A DNA stretch of 64,000 nucleotides from NCBI GenBank assembly GCA_051047955.1, contig JBPGPT010000016.1, forward strand, positions 310,001 through 374,000, written 5' to 3'. The notes beneath the pieces are model-generated. The model ran no database searches. It was not told the origin of the DNA and saw nothing but the letters and a program-made list of their open reading frames with translations. This DNA is from Cystobasidiomycetes sp. EMM_F5 (lineage: Eukaryota). Both the position numbers and the translations under genes were made by a program. Shown here one piece after another: positions 1 through 12,009 of the stretch (position 1 is its first letter; each line of letters opens with the position of its first letter).

Positions 1-2895
1 TGAGGAGCACGATGACGGTGCTCTGCATGTGAGGTAACGTAGAACGCTGCATTTGTAACGTCAGTTTTGGCATCAACGACTAGCTTTCTTACGCACATAG
101 ACTATCTCGACGCGTTGCAGGCGTTTGACGTCCTCGATCTTTTGCGAAAGTTTCTTCTCCGCTTGTCTAAAGTCTCGATTATCCAAATTTGATGGATTCG
201 AGTATCGCAGCGATTTGAGTTCGGCTTTGATTTGCGCTTCCAGCTGATACAGCATCGACAAACCATCCTGACGAGAATCGTCTATTTGCGAGTCTTCTTC
301 GAGGCTTGGACGCGTGCGGGGATAGTCATCGCTTATAGTCAAGCCATCTAATCGATTTGTCAGTTCGTTCAAAGCGGGACCGGTCAGCGAGGGGTCCGGC
401 GACTTGACGGCACCGTCAATGTCGACGCCAGTCTCGTCAGCCAGGTATTCTTCTCGCAGCTTCCACGTCTGCCAGAGCTCCGTGCTAAAGCGAAGATTCC
501 GAGCGTACAACTTTCCAGCTTCATCGATACTGAAGGGTACTGTCATTTTCCCTCTGCCCTTGTTGGTCGAATAGTGGCCGCCGCCAATATTTGCTTGAGA
601 GAATGGCAAGACAAAGGGCTTGTTCTGGTCCGTTTGGTATTGCTGCTTTTTGGGCTTATTCGGTGGAGGTGTTGGAGGAGGACTCGGAGCGGGTGTTGGA
701 GGAAGCGGACCAGATTGTGTAGGCATGCTGTTGTAAGCGCCGTTGACATGGTCAAGATGTGGTCCGTGATTCAGATGGAACCCGTTGTTCAAAGGCGCTG
801 AGGCGGCAGCCGCCACGATTCTAGTTATTGGAATCTGGGGCAACGGGGCTACGACGGTCGGGGAATGATAAGTGGGATACTTGTATGCAATATCAGTTTT
901 GAATGTGGCAAAATCCAGCACCGAAGCTTTGAGCTGGACATTCGGACCAGATGCTGATTCCGAATTCAGCGTTTGTAGGCCTGTCGATAATGATCATACA
1001 CACCTTCTGACTGTTCAACGTCTTCTGGCAGACTCTCTATGTTGCGGACTAGCTTCTTGACGCGTTTGATATCCTTCATCCCGCCAAAACATGCTAGCAG
1101 AGTCTTCCACAGCAGTAGAAGAAGCTGTAGCAAAAATGTGTCAGCTCGCATTTCTTACACAGAACAATCTGCACATACCTTCTTGACGGGGTAGCCCTTT
1201 GCGGCCTTCTCTCGTAAAGTAGCTACAAGATTGAGCAAGTAGACAGGTAAAGGAGGATCTTGGGCCACTGCAGCAGACATGAGCTGACGACAAATCGGGA
1301 GGGCAGGCAGAACCTACTAAGTTCATCTGCCCATGCTTCCTCCCCTCGAAATACTTCAATCATGAAATACAGTATGGCAAGATGAACTGCCAGTTCACCG
1401 TTGATTTCCTCTAGGTATTCTTGGCGCTCCTGCGGAGAGAACCCGGCAAGGAAACCATGTTCGGCCGCATGCGAGTATCCAGCGTCACCTTCGGGAAGTG
1501 AGCTGCGGGCCCGATCTTTTCAGTATATGCCGCGCAGACAAGGCGGGACCTCCTACCTGAATATATTCCACCGCCCGCAGGCAGACTTGAGCGCCTCATA
1601 CACAGCTGTCAATGCCCCTGCTTCGCGCATGAGCGTACAATTTGAAATGACTAGGTGAAGGTGGTGTTGAGGGGATGTCGAGCAAATAGGCGTGCCTGTC
1701 AAAGTGCCTTAGCATTCACCGGAACGCATAAATTGTTGCTAACGAACCTTGCGAGATATAGGCCAAGCGCTTTGCTGCTTCAAAACGGATTTCCGGATCA
1801 CGATGCTCCAGCTCTTCGATGAGATGGCTTATGTGAGTGCGTTTATACGTAGCAGGCGCATCAGGCCAGTCTGTGGCACGATTAGAACGGATCGCGGATA
1901 TAGTCAAAGAGGCTTACCGATAGAGGTTAGGCTTTCCCAGCCTCTGGCCCATGAATCCCTGCCTTCTCCGATGACAGCTTGAAGTTCGACGTAGCTGCAA
2001 GAATGGTAAGTTCCTTTGTCTAGTCAGTGAGAATCGGAGCGGGGGAAGCTTACGAGAAGAACTCCTCGAGTTCGACCATCGTAGTATCAGTATCGTCATG
2101 ATGATAGGCGAAGACTACTGGTCTCGGCGGCGGTGGAGGGGGAGCTGCCGGCGCTTGCTGTCCACTGCCTGTTTCTCCTTGAGTTTGAGCTGGAGGGACA
2201 TTTTGCGATGTTCCGACAATTTGAGGAGCCGGCCCCGAGCCTTCTCGAGCACCCAAACGCGGTCTCTTGATGAAGTGTACTATCCCAAGGCCAGAGTCGG
2301 CATTGTCTGGTGTAGTATTTGCACCTTGTGCAGGCGGACCCGCAGAGCGGTCAATCGCCGCATCAGTTGTCGGTGACGCCAGAGCAACATCATCCCAAGG
2401 ATGTTCCGGCAGTTCAGATAGCTTTGCAAGCCTAGATCCGCGTTCCAAACCGTTGGTCGCTGTGGCATCGCCGGGAAAAGCGCTGTTGGCATATGACGGG
2501 CTTCTCACAGGCTCGCTCAATTCGAAAGCTGGGGGCAGTTCCAAGATCTTGCCAGCAGGACTCTGGCTGCCATCATTCTGCGGTTCAAACACAGGAGCTG
2601 ACAGGACAGCTGCGGGAATATCGTGCAGGTCGTTTGGCTGTTCAATTGACGGCAGCCGGATGGCCTTCAAATGCGGTTCATTGGTATTCGACAGGTTCAG
2701 CGACCCTAGAGAAGAGGTGCTACTCGTCGTGACGTCGACATCTGTGTACGCAAGGTCTTCTGCGCTCGGGGCTGGCGCTGGGCGGATACCTTCGTCCGCG
2801 TAGAGGTCTACCTCATCAGTTGTGAAGAGCGTGTTCGCGGCCAGGCTTTCGTGCGAAGCTTGCGATGTTCGCGTGGCATCATCGTGTTTGCTCAT
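1..2895 (-). CDS. FAR11: Far11/STRIP1-2 (N1221-domain) STRIPAK subunit homolog, multi-exon, 3' end outside the window
   Basis: Spliced ORFs give VFAYHHDDTDTTMVELEEFFSY, HLIEELEHRDPEIRFEAAKRLAYISQG, LLLLLWKTLLACFGG, LDFATFKTDIAYKYPTY and VPFSIDEAGKLY, recognised as Far11-family segments. Confidence 0.85.
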
Positions 2896-3052
2896 GTGTG
2901 GTTGAGCGCGCTCACGGCTGCCATCTGCTCAGAGACTCCGGGTTCATTGCTGAAATGTTGTCTGGTAAAGCGCGGTCATCAGGTACATCAGATTGAGGCC
3001 ATCACGCTAGATTTGCAGAGATTGTCTACGCTACGACAGTGAATACAACGCT

Positions 3053-6017
3053 CTACAACTCATCGTGCGTAAAGTCCAATTCGTCTGCTGGATCTTCGAC
3101 ACCCTTTTCGGCTTCCATCTGCCTTTTGACTGGCGTTTCAGATCATGTGTCAGCTACAGTCTATGCAACAGTGGAGTGTGTTGCCCTACTTTGTTCCCAG
3201 TCTGCCCACTCTGGAATAGCACCACCTTCACCTGCACCTCCTAGTGGAGTGTCAGTAGGCAAATCAGGTACAGCCGGCTTGACCGGTCCCTCCTCAATGG
3301 GTGGAGCAGGTTTGACCGTGTACTTTGCTTTAGCACTCTCGGAAACACCGAGCGAGCGCCTCAGGATCGACTCTATCCGTGAGAAGTACTCCGATGGTTC
3401 GCGGACAGTGAATCCGCTCCGGACAAGACTTGTATCGTAGAGGATATTGACGAGCTCGTTGAGATCGTCATCTTTCGCCGCTTCTTCTGGCGAGTCGAAT
3501 TCCGATAACTTGTCCAATAGGCCTTCAATGAGCGGGTGCTTTGCGTTGATTTGCAAGATTCGCTTTTGCGTCTTCATCATCATTCGCATAAAATCGTCTT
3601 GCTGTCCTCCGCCTTTGCTGTTCTGTGCGGCAGCCAGTCGTTCCATGTTGGCAGTCCAGGCGCCTTGGTCTGCCAGGATCGCGCAGGGAGACGTCGTGAG
3701 CTGCGTCGAAATGACGACTGCCGTGATCAGGTGTCAGAAGATCGCACACCAAATCTCGAGTATAAGTAGCACGCACCCTGCTTAACGTTCTCGCTTAGCC
3801 TGGACTTTAGATAGTCTATAACGGGCTGATATGTAGCCTCGAGCTCGGCTTTTTCAGAGGCATTGTCCTCATCGCCATACTTTACGCCTTGCTTCGCAAC
3901 ATCTGCAAAATCCGTCAGAAGCTTGCTGGCGCTGATCTTTCGATATACTGACCCTGAAACCTCATGCCATCGTATTGCCCAAGGCGTTGTGCAAGCAACT
4001 CATCGATGGGATCCTGGTGAAACAGAATTAGCATAGCAGGATCGAGAAATGTCGTAAACATACTGTAAAGTACAAAATCTGCGGGACGATTCTGTTAGAA
4101 GCTTTTCCCATTCTGTGAAGATTCACGCACTTCGTATCCTCTCGCCTCGATGTCCTCGACGAACGGACTCTTCTGCAAGTCTTTCTTTTCCATACCTGCG
4201 CCAGCGATAAAATAGATTTGCGTTTGACCCTGCCGTCTTTTCGCTACATAATCGTCTAGCGACAGCGTCGGACCAGTTGTAGAGCTCGAATCGAAACGCA
4301 ACAGCTTTGACAATTTTGTCATGCTCTTTGCGTCTTCAATTACGCCCAGCTTCAATGCTAGCCCGACGGTCGGCCAGATCTTCGTATTGTACCTGTCGGC
4401 ATCCTCCTTTGCTGCTAATCCGATCATGTCAAGTGTCTGGTAATGGTTCGTTCAGTCTGTGACTGGATCGGCAGATGCCACTGCATACCTTGCGAGTAAG
4501 AGTGCGTTGTATTTGTACCAAACTAGCGGTCTTTTGTAAGCTGTCTCTTCCAACATTCAGCGGCAGGTCGTCCGCATCTACCACTACCTTGAGCCAGTTG
4601 AGCCACTTCGGTATGAAAGTCGGGCCCAAATCGCCAGTGATGAAGACACGGCGTACATAGAGCTTCAAGCTGTGTAGATCCTGATAGGTCTTTTGGTAAT
4701 AATCGGGCGAGAAATCACCGGGAAGGTAGATCAGAGCGCGGAAGGAAGTTGCACCCGCATCCCCCTTGAAATGAGACCAGATGAGGGGCTCGCTCGCTCC
4801 TGCATCCTTGAATGCCGACCTGTAGAAAGTCTTGTAATCTTCGTCTGTCAACGATTTTGCATCCCTTTTCACACACCAGCATGAGCGCAAGCGAGAAAAT
4901 ATAAGCGCTGCCTCACCTCATCCATATCGGCGCCTGGTCATTGATTTGTTTCCACCACCGTTTAAATACTGCCACTTTGGCTGGCCCATCCTCAGAGCCG
5001 TCCTCCGAACCTGCAGAGTCTGGCTCCTGCGCTTCGCTCGTCACGTCTTCTGTCCATACATAAATGGGTGCGTCACCAGTAGAGAACTCCGCGTGCTGCT
5101 GTATTAAAACCTGAAGCTGCTTTGCATTCAGGTATTGTTGAGCGTCTGAATTTAGCCATCTACAAAAAGTGATGTGGCTCAGCCGTACGCCGTACGTGGA
5201 GTATTGACTTCTGGCTGTTTTAGCGTACAATGTAATTTCTGTTCCGTGACTTCCAAGGGTGGTGCCTCTTGGGTCCTTGTAGATTTTGAACGAGCTTCCA
5301 TCACCTTCGAGGCCAGCGGTCGCGCTTTCGAATACATATTGCTCATCAGATTGATAGCTTTTGGATGCCACGACAACCTTGTCAGCCACCAGGAAACTAG
5401 AATAAAAGCCGAGACCTAGAATGCTGATATCAGTTTAATGCGCGTACAACTGATGTATCTTCCTTGCCGAATCGTCCTATTAATCCGCTAGCTTGTTCGG
5501 CCGTTGTTTGTGATGAGGAGAGTTTCGACAGAAACTCGGATGTCCCAGACCGCGCAATTGTCCCGAGATTAGAAGCTAGCTCCTCACGGGTCATTCCAAT
5601 GCCGCTATCTGTTATAACGAGTCGCCCATCTTGCACCGGTCGAATGGACACGTTGAGAGGCTGCTCGTGCAGATTTGCCACCCCTTCTGTGAGAGCGATG
5701 AGGCGGTACTTTTCCAGCGCATCTGCTGCGTTGGACACAAGTTCTCGCAGGAATGCCGATTTATCGTGGTACAGGGCTGATCCGACGACCTGCAAAATAG
5801 CCACTGCCACGTCAAAGGCCGTTTCTTCCAACAGAATCCCAGACTCTGAACGCACCCTCAGCAACCGCGCAGCATCAGATTGGTACTCGCTCGTTTGGAC
5901 GTTGCCATCAGAAGGCGCCGACGGTGCGACAGGATCATCAGCAGGGTCGGAGCTGGACTGCCCTTGGCACAAGCCAGCAGCAGCAACGGAGACTGCTGCG
6001 AGGCTAAGCCAGCGCAT
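3053..6017 (-). CDS. ER-luminal Hsp90 (GRP94/endoplasmin-like), multi-exon
   Basis: Signal peptide MRWLSLAAVSVAAAGLCQG; Hsp90 motifs FLRELVSNAADALEK, ITDSGIGMT, NLGTIARSGT, LKLYVRRVFI, VVDADDLPLNVGR, LQINAKHPLI. The last exon reads MEAEKGVEDPADELDFTHDEL-stop (TAG at 3053-3055). Confidence 0.93.
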
Positions 6018-6338
6018 TATTCGTGGCAGACTACAGGAAGAAGCTGGTAATGGTCGAGCAGTAGGTCTGTCAGCGACTTGCCCGTAAAAAGAGCAGAAAG
6101 AAAGCACAGCGCGTCAAAGGGTCTACTGTCGTGCCTGAAAACGGAGCCTAGTAGGAGAAGCGGAAACGCGCTGCGGACAATGATTAAGCCATGCTTCACG
6201 GCCTCCAACAAACGTTCAGGTGCTATGATACAGGGGTCGTGTCCATCATCGAGCTATGATACAGATGGCGAACTTGTCGAAAATAAAATAGTGGGTTGCG
6301 GAGAATTAGGGGAAATATCGAAAGCTTGTTACGAATGC

Positions 6339-9300
6339 CTATGTCCTCCGAATTGATGCTCTGCCTGCGAAATGGCCTGAATCATGCGGCGAGTCGACAC
6401 TCCTGCTAGCAGCGCCTATGTAAGCCGGTGGTGCCATATTGGCAGCCGCCATACTCTCCCGTCTTGCTCTAGCTGCAGCGATTCTTGCATTAACGCCACT
6501 CAGACGCGGAGCGTTGTTGGCAAAGATTTTGCCAGAAATAACGTCGGATGCGCCGACTGGGCGGACTTCGGCGGGTAATACGCGACCCGCTCGACGAACG
6601 CTGTCCGTCACGTCTTCCGGTGCGCTCACTCCGAGGACAGAAGAAGCAGGACCATCATGAGGTGTACATATTGACGATGGGAAGATGATATTGGCTGGGT
6701 CCGTTGAAGAAAGGCGACGAGGTGATTTCGAGCTTCGAATAGGTCCGATGCTCGATACACGTCTGCCAGAAGAAGCCGTCAAAGCCATATACCGCGGCGG
6801 CGCGTTAGACTTGGCGGCTAGCCTAGACTGCCCAAGAATTGATTTGCCAGTGGTAGTCGTATCGCTTGCGAGAGAGCTGTCTGCGGCAGAGGAAGAGGCA
6901 TCATTACTGATGTCTGAGCTGACAATCGAAGCGTTGTTTGTTGTGAAGTTAGGGCGTGCATCTTCGCCTTCTTCAGCAATCGTCGCACTGGTTGCATGAG
7001 TACCGAGGCGACGGCTAAGAGCGCTCGTCTTACCGAGAAGAGACATGCGAAGCGGCTGTTGAGTCAAGAGCGTTCGAGAATTGTTGACCGCAGACACCAG
7101 GGTGGATGAGCTTGTATCTGTGCTCGTGTCGGTATACTCAATCATGGACTTGGAATGTTCTTCCGTCAACTGTTCTCCAGCATCATCTTTCCATACTACT
7201 GCCTTCTTTTCTTCCCGCCTGGCTGCAGTTGTCACTCCAGATGAGCCAAATATCGACATACGACCCGATGAGGTGCTCGGTTTCAGGCTTGGCCGAGGTG
7301 CCAGACTGCGCATCTGGCTTCCAGATACGACGCGCTTTTTTGGAGATTTACGTACTCTTGGAGACAAGCTTGCCATATGTAAGGAAGGCCGAGTCATCTT
7401 GCCTGGTTTCGGCAGATCGATGCTCGAGGTGATAGACACTGGAGATCTATTTGCAATGGTGCGTTTGCGAGGAGAAAGAGGATTAGCAATGGTACCGTTC
7501 GAAGATGGTTGGAAAGAAGACATGGCTGCTAAGCGAGGTTGTAGAGCGCCAGCAAAGAGGTTTGCATTTGCCGCCAAGATTTTCTGCGCCAGCGATTCCA
7601 GCTTCTCCCTATCACCATCAAGCGAGCAGAGCGATGCTTTCCCTCTGACCTTGTGTTCCGTCTCTGTGGCAATTCGAACAAGATCTGCCATGCACTCGCA
7701 TGGTTGCGCCTGCGCTTCCTCTGCTTGTTGAGATATAGCAATCTCCGCCTGCAGTTTGACATTCCGCAGCTCGCTGTTTGCAAGCCGAGCCATTTCTGGA
7801 AATTGTGATGCGATAGTGCTTGACGGTGATGAAACGTTTCGAGCTGCTGAAGCAATGACTGCTTCAAACATGGCTTTCGCATTACACGCTTGACCGATTT
7901 CTGATTGTAGAGATGCCAGCCGAGCGTCCAATGAGGTTGAAAGGTGGTCAATTGCGGAAGTATCAATGTCTTCGTTATTTGCCGAAGCTGGCAGAGCGAG
8001 ATTGCGCCAGGCAGATAAGGCAGCGGATGTGGCTTGCAAACCAGAGCGCCGGACCTTCAAATTGCCAAGCCGGGCAATCTTTCCTTTGGCTTCCTCATAC
8101 GCTTTCCTTATGCGTTCGATCGCCTCATCCGTTTCCGCCAACGCCTTCTCCCTTGAAGCGCGAAAGTCATCCTTGAGTCTCTTCTCGCGCTCGCCATCGG
8201 ACTTTTTCCGCGCTTCCAGCTCCTGCCGTAACTCGTAAATGATCTTGACATACTGACTGACATGTCGGTCCACAGTCATCACGTTGCGGGTGATTTTCGT
8301 TTTGATCTCTTTTGCACGATTAGCATATTGCAGGGTGTTGAAAGATTCATCATAATGGTGCGATGATGGCGAGACACAGACAATCATGAGCTAGATGATG
8401 GACAAGATCAGCAGAATGGTACTAAGGTTGTGCATCACAAACATACCGTCCTGCAATTACCCCCGAGCGAGTGCTTGAGGAGTCGAGTGAGTTTGCTGTC
8501 TCTGTATGGGACATGCTTGGACAGCGATCGCATATCGCAAAGAGCGTTTATGCAGTTGCCCAACGCCAGCAGCGATTTGTTGATATTGGCGCCCTCAAGT
8601 AATCGCTCTCCTCTGTTTTTCGTAGCACTGGCACGTTCAGATCCTGCTAGATCGATAATGCTGAGCGTGGCCATGGTATAGTCTTCCGATATACCCGATG
8701 TCCTTCCTTTCTGCTTCACATTTACACACAGTACAGCATGCGAGCGTGACGATACGGCGTTGGCCTCGGTGGCGGAGACAGTACGATTGGCATTTGCGGC
8801 AATGATCATTGATATGACTTCTTCTGCCGAAGACGGCGTCTGCTCGGTGAGACCAGGAACGACAACTTTGCCTTCGTTCTCGCGAAGCATAAGATTTGCA
8901 GGCGAATTCGATATCAGTAAGTCGCGTATGTTTTCGTTGTAAATTTCCAGATATGATACTGTTGGATCGATTAGTGCACAGCTGATTCACTTAACACAAA
9001 TACACTCACACGTCACATCACACGTCATGTCATCCTTACGAGCCTCTATCCGGTCAAATAGATCCTTCATCAACATGAATATGATGCCAGGCTGGGATGG
9101 CGAGCCAGATATAGTGTGCGTTTTCCCGCAGCCAGTCGCACCGTATGCGAATACTGTCGAGTTGAAACCATCCAATACGCCCGGGACAAGCTCCTTTGCA
9201 CTGCCGTCGAAAACCGTTTGTTGGGTGGCAGACTCGTCGAAGACTTGGTCGAAACAGAAGCGGACATCCTTTGTCTTCTTGACGCTAGATTACAGAAACA

Positions 9301-9620
9301 TGGGATGTAAGCATTGTAGTCACTATTCAGTCCAGCTCTGCCGCTGCCTACCTGGGTCCCAGGAGGGCGCGCTGAAACGGAGCGACTGGCGACGAATCTG
9401 CCGGGTCGAAGACGAGCACTCTGTCATCCAGAGCCTTCACTACGCGGTGTATGAGCGCATTTGATGACCTCCCAGACAGATAGGCGGACGTTGCAGGAGC
9501 CGATACCAAGCTCCCCTCGCCAGAGAACGGCGTCGCTTCGTGGATCGGGCGCAGCGACAGAGTCTCAGTCGTAGACAGTGGCCGTATCCTGACTGCAACC
9601 TGGATGCTGGACGCAGCCAT
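6339..9620 (-). CDS. KIP3: Kinesin-8 (Kip3/Klp5/6-like) motor protein
   Basis: N-terminal motor with IQVAVRIRP, FAYGATGCGKTHT, SSRSH, IIDLAGSERASATKNRGERLLEGANINKSLLALGNCINAL, HVPYRDSKLTRLLK and NTLQYANRAKEIK, followed by coiled coil and a disordered tail. Confidence 0.92.
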
Positions 9621-9681
9621 CGTCGCCTAGCACCCCAGTCTGTGGGTTGGCAGCTGTCAGTATACTGGCTCAAATGATAAA

Positions 9682-9709
9682 GTAAACAAGCCAGGTTCAG
9701 AGTCACGTG
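9682..9709. promoter_or_regulatory. Forkhead-type GTAAACAA and E-box CACGTG motifs upstream of the kinesin-8 gene
   Basis: GTAAACAA at 9682-9689 and GTCACGTG at 9702-9709, 60-90 bp upstream of the ATG at 9620. Motif match only. Confidence 0.3.
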
Positions 9710-9866
9710 CTTTGCAAGTACGTCCGAATGGATGCACAAAACGCTAAACAGCTAGACTTGCGTTGCTTTGCTCATGATACGAATACATTAATGCTCTCCC
9801 AACGACTCCGAGAAACAATTCCTGTCGGGTAGAAAATTCTGTCGAGATCCGGATCAGACGTCGCAA

Positions 9867-10450
9867 TCATACTATTGGAGACACAGTAAGACTGATGTTT
9901 CGCTGCTGGCAGGCGTCCCGGATCTGCAGGACAGAAGAGACGTGCATCTCGTACACGCAGAAGCTTCCGAAGGACATGACCAGAGAGTCTAACTTCGGAA
10001 GCCATTGAGAGCATTTGAGCGCGAATGCAATCAGGGGGTGAGTTCTCCCTCTCCTACTGCTTGTCAAGGCTCGTCAAGACAGCCACAGTATCTGAAGGAT
10101 GCATAGGTTACTCACCAATCCAGACTTAGTCTCCTGAGGTGGGGAAGAAGGGCTATAATCTCATTTTCTATAGCATCCGACCATTCGATGGAGGGAAGGC
10201 CCAGGCATGGCATGGGGTACCAAAGGTTCAGACTTTGGAGTTGTTTGCCACCGTCGTGTAAGAGATGCAACAGCGATATGGGCATATCCGAGCCGTGTAT
10301 GCTTAAGTGTCTCGACATGGGCGCATTTCCAGCGATGTCGCAGAAGAGTCCGTTTTTGCTGAGGCAAATTTACCAGCTCATGTCGATGCTTTCAAGGCAG
10401 GGGGAAGACACCTGTTTGAAAGCGTCCCTAGCAGAGGCATCCAATTCATC
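9867..10450 (-). pseudogene. 5'-truncated, decayed tandem copy of the 3' part of the neighbouring F-box/LRR-like gene
   Basis: Reads GVFPCLESIDMSW*ICLSKNGLFCDIAGNAP...LLPHLRRLSLD versus the neighbour's GMFLPCLESVDIAWCHCVKEDGLLYAITSNAP...LLPSLKMLDVD. In-frame TAA at 10370-10372, apparent frameshifts near 10410-10440, same final intron position. Confidence 0.75.
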
Positions 10451-10474
10451 CGGTCGGAGTACGAACGCGTCACA

Positions 10475-11743
10475 TTATATATTCGCAGTCACTGTGACGT
10501 TAATGTTCCTCTGCTGGCAGACCTTCCGAACCTCTTGGATGCGAGAGGTATAGCTTGCTTGCCACTGTCTCGGGCCGCAAATCGACATCTTTACTGTGTT
10601 GAGGTTCGGAAGCCACTGAGCGCACTCGAGCGCGAAAATAAACATCAAATGGGCTGTATTGGGCGATTCGCTTTCCAGAAAGACCTCTCAGTGCTATATT
10701 CGTGTCGGTAATGCACGAGTAACGCTCACCAATCCACGTCCAGCATCTTCAGACTGGGCAGCAGGCTGATGATTTCTCTTCTTTCAGCATCGGGCCACTC
10801 AATGACGTGGAGCGGCAGCCTGGAGAACGCGAAATGGAGGGTCTGAAGCTGCTTACCGCATGCGTACAGAAGACGCAGCAGTGCCTTGGACGAATCTGCA
10901 CCGTGTACGATAAGTCGTGTGAGCAGTGGTGCATTCGAAGTAATGGCATAGAGAAGTCCGTCCTCCTTCACGCAATGACACCAGGCTATATCGACGCTCT
11001 CGAGGCATGGCAGGAACATCCCTTCCTGGAGTGTGCCGACAGCTGCATCTGTATCATCATAACTTTTCACCGACAGGTCCTGAAGGGTAGGAGCACTAGC
11101 CATAATGATGTCGACGATGTCCTGCTTGACCCATGTGATACGAGGGAACTCGAACGCAAGTCGACGGAGTCTCGAGCAATCTATAAATCGTAAGCAAGGC
11201 TGCGTCCATTCCGTATGGTTCAGTTGTAGACCTCGGGGCGCAATGACGGCCTTCGAGCCGGCAGCTCCTTCCGTGAACGCCAAGCAGTAGTCTTGAAGGA
11301 AGTGTCCTCCTTGCAGAATCAGCATGTCGCATGGTTGCGGCAAAGCTGAGCGACATCCTTCTGAAAGCTTGATCTTGGCCATCTTGGCTAAATCACGAAT
11401 GGCGCTGGGATCCATCCAAATCTCGCCACGGAACCCTATGATTGCGATTGCAGCAGACACCCTTGAACACACGGTGACGTATGCTAAGATATGTCTCAGC
11501 TTAAGGTGCTATCATAGCCCGCCAGAGGGTAAATGCCGTACCTCGATGCATATTTCCAGGAAGCTCTGCGAAGATTTTGACAAGAATGTCCATTGGCAAT
11601 TGAAGCAGTCGCGACCCTTGCAAGTCCTTACTTCCTGTCCGTGAACGACCGATCTTGTTAAGGCCATGTCTAGCTTCCCGAATGGTGGCTCTCCGGAGCG
11701 AGAGCGTAACACTCTCAAGTGTGCGCAGGATGTGCTTGGACAT
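10475..11743 (-). CDS. F-box / LRR(RNI-like) protein, 3 exons
   Basis: F-box-like SRLLQLPMDILVKIFAEL, intron 11484-11541, Leu-rich LxxLxL repeats, intron 10671-10729, final exon ...ALECAQWLPNLNTV...VRKVCQQRNINVTVTANI-stop. Confidence 0.72.
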
Positions 11744-12009
11744 CGTGCGGGACTCGATGTGCCTCTGCACAAGTTAGTAAGATCAGATCAGGGCAGTTCT
11801 ATCTTATCAGGATGATGGTGTTTGCGATTCGATCGATGACTGTATGACGGTCATAAATATCATGAATTGCCCTGTAATATGTGTCATCAGTGTGTGGGTG
11901 AGACGTGGGAGCTTTCAAGTGATATATCTTGGATCGCTCCCAGCTGCAATACTGTCACTGCCCTAACTCAACGTGGGATGTACTGACGCTGACGCGATGC
12001 TTATGTTCA

